NCBI RefSeq assembly: GCF_009914755.1
Contig: NC_060928.1
DNA: 64,000 nt
Source of the DNA: the human T2T-CHM13v2.0 reference genome, Homo sapiens
Direction: 5' to 3' (one strand)
Under the pieces are notes generated by a model, which searched no databases, was not told the DNA's origin, and saw only the letters and a program-made list of their open reading frames with translations. Below, piece after piece: positions 41,815 to 61,225 of the stretch. Positions within the stretch are counted from its first letter, which is position 1. Each line of letters begins with the position of its first letter. A program made the translations under genes and the position numbers.

Positions 41815-43210
41815 GTGAACTTCTGCTTCTGTACAGGATGGAGTAACAGGGACTACATTTATCATTGTGACTGAAACAACTAAGAAACTGGACAAAATAT
41901 ATGGAGCAATAGTTCTCAAGACACTGGGCATCAGGCAGCAAAGAAAAGTTATTGCTGGGAGATGGAAAAGAAATAAAGTGAGTCCTGTGAGTGCCTCAGT
42001 TTACTGTCTATACAACAGCGTTGAGGAATCCAGGCAGAGACCAGAGTCTCCTTCTGTTGAAGAGGTGGAGCTGGGAATTCAAAGAATCCAATGCAGCTAG
42101 AATTTCCAGGGTGAAGTGTCAGAGTGGAGAAAGCTGCATAGAGAAAGAACTCTGGAGACATGCAGAGAATCCCTACCTTGTATTCAGAATATCCAACCCA
42201 AAGATTTACCTCACTACTGATTAGTACTTCCATGGGAGGACACTCCCTATGGCTGAGGAAATAACTACCAAAAGAAAAAAGAAAAAAAATTCCTTGGGGC
42301 TCACCCAGAGCAGGTAACGGTACCTATTCTCATGCAGTACACTTGTACAACTTCATAATTTATTGAGCGTCACATAGAATATTGAGAAGAGTTTGCCACA
42401 GTTAATGAGGAGATCTTAACCCTAATTTAAACACTCTGGTCCCACCTAAAAAAGCTAGAAAAAAATACAGAAGGGATCCAAGCAACTTTACTGCTTCCTA
42501 GGATAAAACTCAAAAAGACTTATTGAAATATAAACATTTCCAGCCACCAACAAATTGAAATTCAATCATTGTTGTCTTGCACCCAATTAGTATTACAGCG
42601 TTATTTTAAGAGTCAAAAAATCCTGGAAACAATGGAAATGTTTATCATTAGACAAATGGTAGCTAGAATATCTTATATTATAACACTGAAGTAATCAGAG
42701 TTGCTGGAGAGGGGATAGATTGGAGCAGGGGAGGACAATGTATAGAATAATGTCTGAAGCGATAATGGCCAAAAATTCCTAAATTTAGTGAAAACAGTAG
42801 ATCTGTGTGATCTAATGATCTCAACAAATCCCCAAGTACAAGGAACATGAAGAAAACTGCACCATGTCACATTACAATCAAGTTGATTACATTCAGTGAT
42901 AAAGAGAAAATATTAGAAGAAGCCAGAGGGAAGAACACACTACAGGGGAACATACAGAGGAGTTACTCATGGAGAATAAGAATGACAGCAGATTTCTTAT
43001 TGTAAGCAATGCAAACTGGTACATAACGGAGTAACATCTTTAAATAATGAAAGAAATGCACTGTCAACTTAGAGTTCTCTACCCAGCAAAAATATCTTTC
43101 ATGAATGAAAGTGAAATAAATACTTTTCTAGATATACAAAATCTGAAAGACTTCATTGCCATCCAACTTAACCTATGAGAAATGTTAAAAGAATTCCCTT
43201 AAGTTGTGGC
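41815..43210 (+). mobile_element. Old L1M (L1MC/MD-type) 5'UTR and ORF1 relic
   Basis: acttctgcttct...ggatggagtaacagggac start, and ORF1-like gataatggccaaaaattcctaaatttagtgaaa ... tctacccagcaaaaatatctttc. Confidence 0.7.
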
Positions 43211-43254
43211 AAATAACAGATTAATGTAGACGTTAAATAGATTAGAACCATGTT

Positions 43255-43453
43255 TATTGTGGAACAGAAGTTGTGAGAGCAGACATTCGTATTTTTTCCT
43301 TATCTTTAGGGAAAAAGCATTCAGTCTTTCATCACTAAGTGTGGTATTAGCTGGAGATTTTTCATGGGTGACTATTATCAGGTTGAGGAGGTTCCTTTCT
43401 GTTACTACCTTTCTGGAGTTTTTAATTAGGAATGCTAGATTTTGTCAAATGAT

Positions 43454-43492
<39 letters not shown>

Positions 43493-43738
43493 GTGTGTGA
43501 CATTAACAGTTTAAATGTAAAATGTGGTTTATACATGCACATGCATTTTATAAAAATTGACTATATAATTTTAAAATTATATAATAAACAGATTGTGTGA
43601 CCATCATTCAGTATAACTTACCACATTTACATGTTTTATATGTAATCTATTAATGAGATAAATTACACTGATTGATCTTCACATGTTAATTTGTTAAGGC
43701 CTGCTTGCATTCCTGGGAAGAACCACACCTGATCTTGT
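43255..43738 (-). mobile_element. Inverted L1M ORF2 segment (contains (GT)17 at 43456-43489)
   Basis: Antisense ORF2 text from the 'GCPLSPLLF' region to the 'GFIPGMQG' region. Confidence 0.75.
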
Positions 43739-44538
43739 CAATGCAATAAGTCAAGTTCTAGTTAATGCAGTAAGCCAAGAATAAGAAATCAAAGGAATAC
43801 AGATTGGAAAGGATAGAGCAAAACTCTGTTTGCAGTCAGTGTGATTGTCTATGTGGAAATCCAATGGAATTCCTAATAGAGCAGTTCTTATAAACTGCTA
43901 TGTGAGTTTAGTAAGATTTCAGGATATATGATCACATACAAAAATTGGTTTCACTTCTATATAATGAGTGATCAATCAGAAATGGAAACTGCCAAAATTG
44001 CCATTGACAATTGCATTAAAATATGTGATTTTAAGGATAAATCTTTCAAAGTATGTGCAAGATCAGTACACTGGAAACTACAAAATATTGCTGAGAGATT
44101 TTAAAGAAAACCTAAGTAAATGGGAAGATACACTTTGTTCATCAATTGGAAGACTCAATATTGTTAAGATGTTAGAGACAATGTTCTCTAACTTGATCTA
44201 CAGATTCAACACAATCCCCCAAAAAGCTCAGTAAGACTTTTTGTAAAAAAAAAAAAAAAAAAAGACACTGTAATTCTAAAATTCATATAGAAATGCAAGG
44301 AACCTAGGATAGGCAAAATAATCTCATAAAAGAAGAAAAAGGTGGGAGGACTTATAGCTCTTGCCTTCAAGACTTATTTTACAGCTACAGTACTCAAGAC
44401 AGGGCATGTTTTGGCATCAAGAGCAACAGATACGTAAATAGAATGAAATAGAGAATGCAGAAATAGGTGTATACTTCCATTTCTGTTGCTTTCTGATAAA
44501 GTTGCAAAGACAATTTGGCAGAGAAAGTATAGTCTTTT
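43739..44538 (+). mobile_element. Old L1M ORF2 (host of the L1PA insertion; resumes at 51338)
   Basis: ORF 43968-44234 is L1 ORF2-like (NYKILLRDFKENLSKW...IGRLNIVKM...LIYRFNTIP). The sequence continues colinearly after 51338. Confidence 0.85.
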
Positions 44539-44750
44539 TTTATTATTATTATATTTTAAGTTCAGGGATACATGTGCAGAACCTGCAGGTTTGTTACATA
44601 GGTATACATGTGCCATGGTGGTTTGCTGCACCCATCAACCCATCATCTACATTAGGTATTTCTCCGAATGCTATCCCTCCTCTAACCCCCTACCCCCAAG
44701 AGGCCCCAGTGTGTGATGTTCCCCTCCCTGTGTCCATGTGTTCTCATTGT

Positions 44751-48872
<4,122 letters not shown>

Positions 48873-48935
48873 CATGATGATAGCCGGTTATTTTGCCCAT
48901 TAGTTGATACAGTTTCTTCATAGCGTCAATGGTCT

Positions 48936-49967
48936 TTACAATTTGGTATGTTTTTGCAGTGGCTGGTACCAGTTTTTCCTTTCCATATTTAGTGCTTCTT
49001 TCAGGAGCTCTTGTAAGGCAGGCCTGGTGGTGACAAAATCTCTCAGCATTTGCTCGTCTGTAAAGGATTTTATTTCTCCTTTGCTTATGAAGCTTAGTTT
49101 GGCTGGATATGAAATTCTGGGTTGAAAATTCTTTTCTTTAAGAATGTTGAATATTGGCCCCTACTCTCTTCTGGCTTGCAGGGTTTCTGCAGAGAGATCC
49201 TCTGTTATTCTGATGGACTTCCCTTTGCGGATAACCCGATCTTTCTCTCTTGCTGCCCTTAACATTTTTTTTCCGTCATTTCAACCTTGGTAAATCTGAC
49301 AATTATGTGTATTGGGTTTGCTATTTTCAAGGAGTATCTTTGTGGTGTTCTCTGTATTTCCTGAATTTGAATGTTGGCCTGTCTTGCCAGGTTGGGGAAG
49401 TTCTCCTGGATCATATCTTGAAGAGTGTTTTCCAACTTGGTTCCATTCTCCCCATCACTTTCAGGTACAGCAATCAAACATAGATTTGGTCTTTTCACAT
49501 TGTCCCGTATTTCTTGGAGGCTTTGTTCATTCCTTTTCATTCTTTTCTCTCTAATCTTGTCTTCATGCTTTATTTCATTAAGTTGATCTTCAACCTCTGA
49601 TATTTTTTTCTTCTGCTTGGTTGATTCAGGTATTGATACTTATGTTTGCTGCACGAAGTTCTCGTGCTGTGTTTTTTAGCTCCATCAGGTCATTTATGTT
49701 ATTCTCTAAACTGGTTAGTCTAGTTAACAATTCCTCTAAACTTTTTTCAAGGTTCTTAGTTTCTTTGCATTGGATTAGAACATGCTCCTTTAGCTCAGAG
49801 GAGTTTGTTATTACCCACCTTCTGAAGCCTACTTCTGTCAATTCATCAAACTCATTCTCTGCCAAGTTTTGTTCCCTTGCTGGTGAGGAGTTGTGATCCT
49901 TTGGAGGAGGAGAAGAGACGTTCTTGTTTTGGGAATTTTCAACCTTTTTGCACTGGTTTTTCCTCAT
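48936..49967 (-). pseudogene. Disrupted L1 ORF1 (RNA-binding p40)
   Basis: MRKNQCKK...SSPAREQN...ENFPNLARQANIQIQEIQRTPQRY fragments with frameshifts. Confidence 0.92.
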
Positions 49968-50673
49968 CTTCATGGATTTATCTACCTTTGGTCTTTGATG
50001 TTGGTGACCTTCGGATGGGGTTTTTGTGTGGATGTCATTTTGGTTGATGCTCATGCTAATCCTTTCTGTTTGTTAGTTTTCCTTCTAACAGTCAGGCCCC
50101 TCTGCTGGAGGTCTGCTAGATTTTGCTGGAGGTCCACTCCAGACCCTGTTTGCCTGAGTATCACTAGCGGAGGCTGCAGAATAGCAAAGATTGCTGCCTG
50201 TTCCTTCCTCTGGAAGCTTTGTCCCAGAGGGGCACCAGCCAGATACCAGCTTGAGCTCTCCTGTATGAGGTGTCTGTTGAACCCTGCTGGGAGGTGACTC
50301 CAGTAAGCAGGCACAGTGGTCAGGGACCCACTTGAGGAGGCAGTCTGTTCCTTAGCTGAGCTGGAGTGCTGTTCTGGGAGATCCATGGCTCTCTTCAGAG
50401 CTGGCAGGCAGGAACATTTAAGTCTGCTAAAGCTGCAACCACAGCCACCCCTTACCCCAGGTGCTCTGTCCCAGGGAGATGGGAGTTTTATCTATAAGCC
50501 CCTGAGTGGGGCTGCTGGCTTTCTTTCAGAGATGCCCTGCCCAGAGAGGAGGAATCTAGAGAGGCAGTCTGGTTACAGTGGCTTTGCCGAGCTGTGGTGG
50601 GTTCTGCCGAGTTCGAACTTCTGGGCATGTTTGTTTACACTGTGAGGGGAAAACCGACTACTTAAGCTCAGTA

Positions 50674-50793
50674 ATGGTGGATGCCCCTCCCCCCACGAAG
50701 CTTGAGCATCCCAGGTTGACTTTAGACTGCTGTGCTGGCAGCAAGAATTTCAAGCCAGTGGATTTTAGCTTGCTGTGCTCCATGTGGGTGTGA
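50674..50793 (+). other. L1 ORF0 homologue, 39 aa (MVDAPPPTKLEHPRLTLDCCAGSKNFKPVDFSLLCSMWV*)
   Basis: Antisense ORF in the L1 5'UTR with strong Kozak GTAATGG. The N-terminus resembles L1 ORF0 (MAGAPPP...DCCA). Confidence 0.6.
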
Positions 50794-51656
50794 TCTGCTG
50801 AGCTAGACCACTTGGGTCCCTGGCTTCAGCCCCCTTTCCAGGGGAGTGAACAGTTCTGTCTCACTGGCGTTCCAGGTGCCACCAGGTTATGAAAAAAAAA
50901 ACAAAAAAACAAAAAAACAAAAACAAAACAAAAAACCTCCTGCAGCTAGCTTGGTGTCTGCTCAAATGGCTGCCCAGTTTTGTGCTTGAAACCCAGGGCC
51001 CTTGTGGTGTAGGCACCTGAGGGAATCTTCTGATCTGCAGGTAGGCAAAGACTGTGGGAAAAGCACAGTATTTGAGCCAGAATGCACCGTTCCTCACCTC
51101 ATGGTCCTTCATGACTTCCCTTGGCTAGGGGAGGGAGTTCCCTGACTCCTTCTGCTTCCTGGGTGAGGCGACGCCCCACCCTGCTTTGGCTTGCCTTCCG
51201 TGGGCTGCATCCAGTCCCAGTGAGATGAGCTGTGTACCTCAGCTGGAAATGCAGAAATCACCCACCATCTGCATTGATCTTGCTGGGAGCTGTAGACTGG
51301 AGCTATTCCTATTAGGCCATCTTCCTAGCCACACACCAAGTATAGTCTTTTCAACAAATGAGGCTGGAACAATTGGATATCTATGTGTAAAACCTACCCC
51401 CAAAATGTTGATACATATACAGCACCATATAAATCATTAATTCAAAATGAATCACACTTAGATGTAAAACCTAAAGTTCTAAAACTTGTTTAAGAAAATA
51501 TTGGAGAAAATGTTTGTGACTTTCAGTTGGGCAACGATTTAAGATACCAACAACACTGTGCATAATTGATAAATTATACTTCATCAAAATTAAGTTCTGC
51601 TCATCAAAATTAATAAGTTCTGCTCATCAAAAGATACTTTTAAGAAAGTGACAATA

Positions 51657-51949
51657 GGCCGGGTGCGGTGGCTCACACCTGTAATCCCAGCACTGTGGGA
51701 GGCTGAGGCACGCAGATCACCTGAGGTCAGGAGTTTGGGGCCAGCCTGGCCAACATGGGGAAACCCCATCTCTAGTAAAATACAAAAATTAGCTGGGTGT
51801 GGTGGTGCATGCCCGTGGTCTCAGCTACTCAGGAGGCTGAGGCAGGAGAATGGCTTGAACCCAGGAGGTGGAGGTTGCAGTGAGCCGAGATCGTGCCATT
51901 GCACTCCTGCCTGGACAACAGAGCAAGACTCTGTCTCAAAAACAAAACA
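51657..51949 (+). mobile_element. AluS (Sx/Sq-like)
   Basis: 15-bp TSD AAGAAAGTGACAATA at 51642-51656 and 51950-51964. Confidence 0.95.
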
Positions 51950-52000
51950 AAGAAAGTGACAATACTGTATTGTATACTAAAAATTTTTCTAAAAGGGTAG

Positions 52001-52309
<309 letters not shown>

Positions 52310-52332
52310 AGAGGTTAGATCTTAAGTTCTTA

Positions 52333-52333
<1 letters not shown>

Positions 52334-52371
<38 letters not shown>

Positions 52372-52390
52372 TAATAATAATAAATAATAA
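52334..52390. repeat. (CA)n followed by (AAT)n
   Basis: Read directly from the sequence. Confidence 0.93.
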
Positions 52391-53314
52391 GGCAGAAAGA
52401 CACTTGGTGATCACAAGAGGTTTATGGCACATATTGTGGTATAATCTATGGCATAGGTTTCATGGGTGGATGCTTACTTCCAAATTCATCAAGGGGTATA
52501 CATAAAATATATAGGGTTTTTTTTGTATAAAAGTAAATAAAATACATTTACCACCATTATATTTCAGGAAAAAATCTCATTTAGTCTTTTTATATTATAC
52601 GTTTAACAAACGCTAGTTTCTTGTTGCTAATATGTTAGAATTTTGCATGTATCTTTTGTTATTTTGTAATTTTTTTTTATATGGCATCTTTTTCAAAAAA
52701 GTCTGTATTAATGTTACAGTCGAGTTTTCCTTCATTCTCTATGCTCTGGAGTCTAGAACAGTTAAAATCCATGAAATGTTTCCTAGAAAATGGAAGAACT
52801 TGCCTATGAATACAATCTTATATTGATTACTCGGCCAACTACTTGCTCTGAAGTCTAATAAGATTATTACCTCATGATTCCTGGAAAAATGCCATGTTTT
52901 CTCATTCATCCATTCCTACCTGTGTTCAGGTCTCTTGGTTTCTAATTTTGTTTCTGTCCCTGTTTGTTTGACTAGTTCAGTCTTGGCATTACACTAGCTC
53001 TCTTGGCATTTGTTCTTAGTTCTGTGAAGGTGAATTTGATAAACTTTATCGATATGAAGGGCAGGATATTTTGCCCAAAGTGTGTACCCCTTATAAGCAG
53101 GCAGGGAAGAAGGAGGAATTAGAGGAGACAAAATGAAGATGTCAATCATTTGAACCCTTAGATAATTCTATGATAAATTATAAATTGTAGAATATTTTCT
53201 GATATGTAGATTTATCTATCAGCTAATTAATTCCTTCTTAATTCATAAAAGCACCATGTTTTGTTTTCCTGTGTAATAACAAATATTTTCTAATTTCACA
53301 AATTATTTCAATAA

Positions 53315-53990
53315 ATGAAAATGTGAGCCACGGATTTAAGAAAATCTTTTCAATTCACATCTTTGATGAAGACTTGCATATGCAACCTATAAAGAAGTCT
53401 CAAAATCTAATAAGAAAACTAGCAACTTAATAAAAAATAAGCAATGTATTTAAATGGTTTACCAAATATACTTCATCAAAAAGAGAAATTGGACGGAAAA
53501 TAAGCACATGGAAATAAGCTTAACATCAGCCATGAGGAAAATGCAAATTAAAGCCACAGTGAGATACTTCTTTAACCTATTAGAACGTCTCAGATAGACA
53601 GACCATTAGGCAAATGAAGGGCAATTTACAAAATACTGGACCAGTACCCCTCCAAATGCCTGATAATAAATACCAAGTGTTAGTGAAGTAACTGCAGTGC
53701 TCATACAATACTGTGGGAGTGTAAAGCAATACAATTTTGGAAGACTATTTGGCAATTCCTAAAGAATTTAAACTTATACCTGCTATGCGATCCAGCTATC
53801 CCATTCGTATACATTTACCAAAGAGAAATGAAAGCATATGTCCCTACAAACCTTTATTCACAATAATTTTATACCTAATAGTCCCAAATTGGAAACAACT
53901 AAAATGTCCATCCTTAGGTGAATGAGTAAACAAAATGTACATGTTAGAACGTGGATTACTTTATGTTGATTTTATTCAATAAAGCTGTTA
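53315..53990 (+). mobile_element. Old L1M 3'-region fragments
   Basis: aaaatgcaaattaaagccacagtgagatac; ccaagagaaatgaaagcatatgtcc; ttcaataaagctgtta. Confidence 0.7.
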
Positions 53991-54624
53991 AGATTGAAAT
54001 TCAACTTATGTTGGATTTTAATTGAACAAAAATTTAAATATTTCCCTCATCAGATTAAACTCATATTAAACTTTCCTTTAGCCCTGTATTATAATGTCTT
54101 GATTCACAAAGGATTTCGTGTACTAAATTCTTCCTGGTTATTGTGATTTTCTGTTGACTCCTGTTTAGATCTTATCTCCTGGGCCTTATTCACCTCGTCA
54201 TCTTCTCCTCCTGTTGTCTTCCTGTTTACTGGCATGCCCTGCTTGCACCTCCTCCCTGGAATTACACACACTCCTACTTTTATAGAGGTGAAATTTGGTT
54301 GAAATTAGCATCACATACAACTTTGAAGTGAGCATAGAACAATTAAGAGTGATAATGTTGGAACTGGTTAGGATTAGGGGTTGAAGTGAAGAGAAGGTGT
54401 CTGAATGTGTTAAAACAAACATTAGGATTCCTAATCTATTTTTGAAAAGCGTCATCGGTTGCTTTTCTGACTCATTTCCCAGTCCCTCACCGTGAGACAC
54501 CCCACAAATGTCTGCTGAGGCAGATACCATCATTACGTTCTAGGAATGATTCTGCTTGCCTTTTGAGAGTCATAATGGCATAGTTCATTTCTAGGATAGG
54601 AGCAGTTTTGTATACGTTATAATT

Positions 54625-54852
54625 CAGGAGTCAGCAAACTAAGGCCCGATGCCTGTTTTGGCAAATAAAAGTTTCATTAAAAAAAGTTTTATTGGAACAT
54701 AGCTGTGCTCATTCTATTTTGTATTGTCTATGGCTACTTTTATGCTACAACAGCGTATTTGAGTACGTGCAGCCACTATAGATAGTGTGAGCCTCTAGAA
54801 AGCCTGAAATATTTATTTTTCGGCCCTTTAAGAAAATGCATGTTAACCTCTT
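54625..54852 (+). mobile_element. MER58A (hAT-Charlie MITE)
   Basis: caggagtcagcaaactaaggccc ... ttttattggaacatagc ... gtctatggctacttt ... aaatattt...ggcccttta. Confidence 0.8.
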
Positions 54853-54879
54853 AGTTAATTAAAATTAATAATAACAAAC

Positions 54880-55115
54880 ACATAGTATGCACTACGTGCC
54901 AGCTTCTTGTCATATATTAAGTAAAAATATTAGTTCTAATACTCTTAATAACCTTATAAGGTAGATATTGTTCCAATACCAATTTAACACGTGAGGAAAC
55001 TGAGACATAAAGAGGTTAATCTTCCCTGTCACAAAGTGAAGAAATACAAGGGCTAGGATTTGAACAAAAGTGGCTTGACTCCAAGCCTGGGCTTTTAATA
55101 GCTTCTTGTACTGCT
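54880..55115 (-). mobile_element. MIR
   Basis: actacgtgccag...gtgaggaaactgagacataaagaggttaat...ggatttgaac. Confidence 0.75.
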
Positions 55116-56146
55116 GCTCCATTTGGAGAAATAGAGGAAATACAAACTATTTTAATAAACAGTGAAATTATAATATACAACCAACCAGTTTAGTGAAAAT
55201 CTCAGAAATATTTAAATTATAAGAAAGGAGATAAGATATATTTAATTAATTTGAGAATAATTATTGCAGTTTTTCAGGCTCATCCATGAAAGAATTGTGA
55301 GTAGACAATTCTTTTAATATTTGGTTTTATTCACTCTTAGTAAATTGTCTCTTTGAATTAGGCCTGTATCTTAGTGTAGTGATTTTATAGGATAGTAGAC
55401 TACAGATCCTTTTGTCAGCTTATTTCTCCAGTTTTTTTTTTTTTTTTTTTGGTTCAGTGTCATATCCAAGGAACTGTTCCACCAAGGAATCAGAATCATT
55501 TCCAAATTTTTAGTTTCATAACTCTGATTTTTCTTTAAACCTGTTTTATATTTTCTGCATCATTGTAATAGAGAAATCAGTCAACATTTATTTCAGTAAT
55601 TGTTTGCAACTAAAACATGTGAAACAAAACAGGCTCAAGAGATTCTGACAGCTTGCTTATTTTTCTTGAAACTTCAGTTTGTGTTTTTGACATACATATA
55701 TCAATGGTCTCAAAAAAGTTTAAAAATTAAGAACATACAGTTTTGTGTTTGTCCTCATGAAGATTACACTTGTGACCCCAGTTTAGCATGAACAAATATT
55801 TAAGAGTATGTCATAGTAATGTTTTTGTTAAAAGACTGTCTTTGGACTCAAGCCATATTTTTTTTTGTTTTTTAGGGCCATAGTAGACATTTCTTTTAAC
55901 ATGGGAAGCATGATTTTGCTCATCATGATACATTGAATCCAAATAGCCTGTTCATTGAATCCAAATAGCCACAATGGCTACAAAAATGTGTGTATTTTAT
56001 TTTACTAGGTATGTGTGGAATATGTGAGGAATTAAAAGGGTAGCTTGTAAAAGGCATCTTGTCCTGCAAAGAGAGTATGTCTGGTCAGGAGTAACACAGT
56101 AAGTATACAGATTAGTTTAATAAAACGTAGAGTAAGATTAATTTAA

Positions 56147-56467
<321 letters not shown>

Positions 56468-56911
56468 TAAACTTCTGATAAGCAGCATTCTAATATTGAA
56501 ATACCTGTTCATTATATCAATTGATAAAAAGTATTACAAATGTTTCCAACAAACACTGCTATAGGCCTGTAAAGGAAGAGATACTCTTTACCAGTTCACC
56601 ACGGAAGTGCTTCACAATAGGTGTGAGCTGGGTTTTGAGTAGACAGGAAGGATGAGATTACAATGAATACTAAATATTTCTCTGGCACTTGATGTTTTTC
56701 AAAGCAATTTCAAATATGTAATTTGATTTTACAGCAACTTGATAGAATAAGTAGTAATTGTTATTCTCATTTTAAAAATAATTTGACATTTAGAAGAGTT
56801 AAATGACTTTCTTACACAGCTGGTAAGTGGTGGAGGTGCTACTTATACTCCGGTCTTCCAACTCCAGATCATCTAAGTTTTGCATTGTAGCACCCCTTAA
56901 ATAGAAGGATG

Positions 56912-57205
<294 letters not shown>

Positions 57206-57289
57206 GGGAAGCGTGGAAAACACTAAACTAATAGCAGTCTGCATGGAATTCAGGTAAAGGAGGTTGGAGATACAGAGTCAGAGAGGGAC

Positions 57290-58155
<866 letters not shown>

Positions 58156-59497
58156 AAGGAGCCCGATACTTATGCAGTTGCTTTAGAATGAGCTGAAGTG
58201 AGGCCACTGAATGTGGGAAAAGCTATAAGGGTTTGTTGAAACATAACTTCAAAGCAACCTAGTGAGTTTTGTCTGTAGACCATGCTGTGGGCCTCATGGT
58301 ATGATAGGCATTGAATTGTTCAAGAAAAGTCCATAATAAAACACTATAGTGATCAAACATTTTTATTTATGGGATTAAGCCGTTACTTAGTTCTCATAAC
58401 AGCAGAGTGAGAAGTAAGTAACAGGGATCATTACCCTCATTTTTAACATAAAGAAACTGAGACTAGAGGTGAGAGGGTTACATGTAGTTTTGCAAGTAAT
58501 AGTAGCACAGTTTTTTTCCCCAAATACCTACTGACAAAGATCTTTATAAATTTCTAGAATGATATATTTTATAAGCAGGAAACAGAGGCCAGAAGAAAGT
58601 AGAGAAAAGGAGCTGCCATTAAGGAAAATAAGAGAACACTTGGAACCCAAACAGAAGCATGATCTACAAGGACAGGAGGAATCACGCTGTGGTGAAAAGC
58701 ACTAGCTGAGAATCAGGAAACTTGGATACCAGTCCTGGCTGTTTCACTTTCGGAAAGCCTGGAAGCCAGTTTCTTAAGGCTTAGTGTGTTTCTGAGAACA
58801 TGACTTTCTTACAGGATGGATTTGTAAGCTCATTAAAAAGGCCTGGGAGGATGCCTAGATACAGGAGTAACTTCTTGGGAGCAGATGAGCTTAGAGGGGG
58901 CAACAAATGGAGGGTTTTTTACTTTCCTCTTCATTATTATTTGAATTATTAATAATGTGTATGTGCTACATTTTTTTAGTTTCATCAAAAATTGAAAATG
59001 GGAAAAACTGTAAGACAGAATTCAATTAAGCAATTTCTAGACACCAGTAGAAAAATGTGGCTCATATCCATTGATTCCTAAATCTTAATTTCTTCTGCTA
59101 TAAAATTAGGGAATTTTCAAGAGTCCCTAAAACCAATTCCATCTCTGGCATCTTGTCATCCTATGTAGAGCCACACATTTCAAGATGTGGGGCCCTTTTG
59201 TAACTAGTGTATAGAAGACAATCTTTGCACTGATGTTTTCATGAAAATCAGTTAACTGAAATGCTCTGATAACACTATAAGGCTAAAACTGGAATTTGCA
59301 CCAGTACTAAGTAATTTAATAAAACAATGCATTATGTCAAATAACTACGCCCATCACTTGAATTAGTTAATGTTGTTATAGCCCATTATCCAATTTTACA
59401 CATGAGAACACTGGGGCTTATCAAGATTAAGTAACATGCCCATGATTATATAGCTGCCAAGTGATGAAACCCAAGCCTGAGTACTATGCCTAAAATC

Positions 59498-60090
59498 TTT
59501 GTTTGTTGATAGACACATAATATTGGTACATATTTGTGGGGTACATGTGATATTTTGTTACATGAATAGAATGTGTAATGATCAAGTTGGGGCATTTAGG
59601 ATATCCATCACTTTGAGCATTTATCATTTCTATGTGTGGAGAGCATTTCAAGTCCTCATTTCTAGCTATTTTGAGATATATAATGTGTTATTATTATCTA
59701 TAGTCACCCTACTCTACTATCAAACACTAGAACTTATTCCTTCTATCTAACTGTGTTTTGTTGCCCATTAACCAATCTCTATTCATCCCTCTCACACCCA
59801 TGTTCTTCCCAGTCTCTGATAATTATTATTCTACTCTCTACCTCCATAAGATCAACTTTTTTTTAGCTCCCGCATGTGAGTGAGTACATGCAATATTTGT
59901 CTTTCTGGGCTGGACTTATTACACTTAACATAATGATCTCCAGTTCCATCCATGTTGCTGCAAATGATGTGATTTCATTCTTTTTTATGGCTGAATAGTA
60001 TTTCATCGTGTATATATACCACATTTTCCTTATCCATTCATGCATTAAGGAACACTTAGGTTGATTCATATCTTTGATGATGAGAATAGT
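59498..60090 (-). mobile_element. 5'-truncated L1MA 3' end
   Basis: L1MA-type 3'UTR and ORF2 C-terminus (KMWYIYTMKYYSAIKKNEI). TSD CTA(T/A)GCCTAAAATC at 59484-59497 and 60091-60104. Confidence 0.88.
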
Positions 60091-60405
60091 CTAAGCCTAA
60101 AATCGTAATCACTAAATACATCTGCTGTCTCAGTCTTTTTGGTGGTAAACGACTTCCTTGATATAGGAAAGCAGTGATTTATTTTGGTTTACAAAGAGAG
60201 AAACCAGAATCTGCTTGATTTTTGTCAAGTGCCCTCATTTCTGAACCCCCTTTTTTTAATTTTCAAGTTAACTTTTTTAGTTAACTAAGTAAACTGCTCA
60301 ATGTTCTTCCTGTGTCTCGTATTGATATAACCCTACCTTCATGTATTTCATTCATAAAATGCATTGCCCCAGCTTGAATGTTTCTGAAACCCAAATGTCT
60401 TGTAA

Positions 60406-60743
<338 letters not shown>

Positions 60744-61054
60744 AATGGTGTTCTTAAACATGGTGTTGTCCCTGGAGCCAGAAAATAAGACAATAGTCTT
60801 TCTGTTGGAAGCACTGTTGCCTTGTTCAACAATCTAGGGACCCATACACCTAGTTTCCTGACTGCGTTCCTGGTCTTAACACACTGTGTTATTCAGATGT
60901 CCAGCTTGAGTGTCTGACTTCCACTTCTGTCTTCATTGTCAGCCACGGAGCCCTCTCAGATCTGATCCACTCCTTTGTTGCTTCCTACTTTTCATTCTAA
61001 AACTTGATTTGGTTTGCTTACGGTTCTGGTTTCCTACTCAGTGTCCGTGACCCA

Positions 61055-61225
61055 TGTGAACAGCTCTCAAACCTGCCAGAGTATTAGAAGCACCTGGAGA
61101 AATTTCTTAAAATTAAAGACTCTAAAGTACACATCAGAAGTGCAAAACCAGTTGCTTGGATTGGAATCTGGAAATCTACATTGAAAAGAGCGCTTTCAGG
61201 CACAGCCTGATTAGAATCCCTGCCC
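61055..61225. mobile_element. MER5-family hAT fragment
   Basis: tctcaaacc...attagaagcacctggagaaattt.ttaaaa ... ggaaatctacatt. Confidence 0.5.

Noticed and set aside
51581-51632. Short tandem repeat of TCATCAAAATTAA(TAA)GTTCTGC
   Set aside because: An ordinary slippage duplication inside a dead L1 fragment, with no sign of function.
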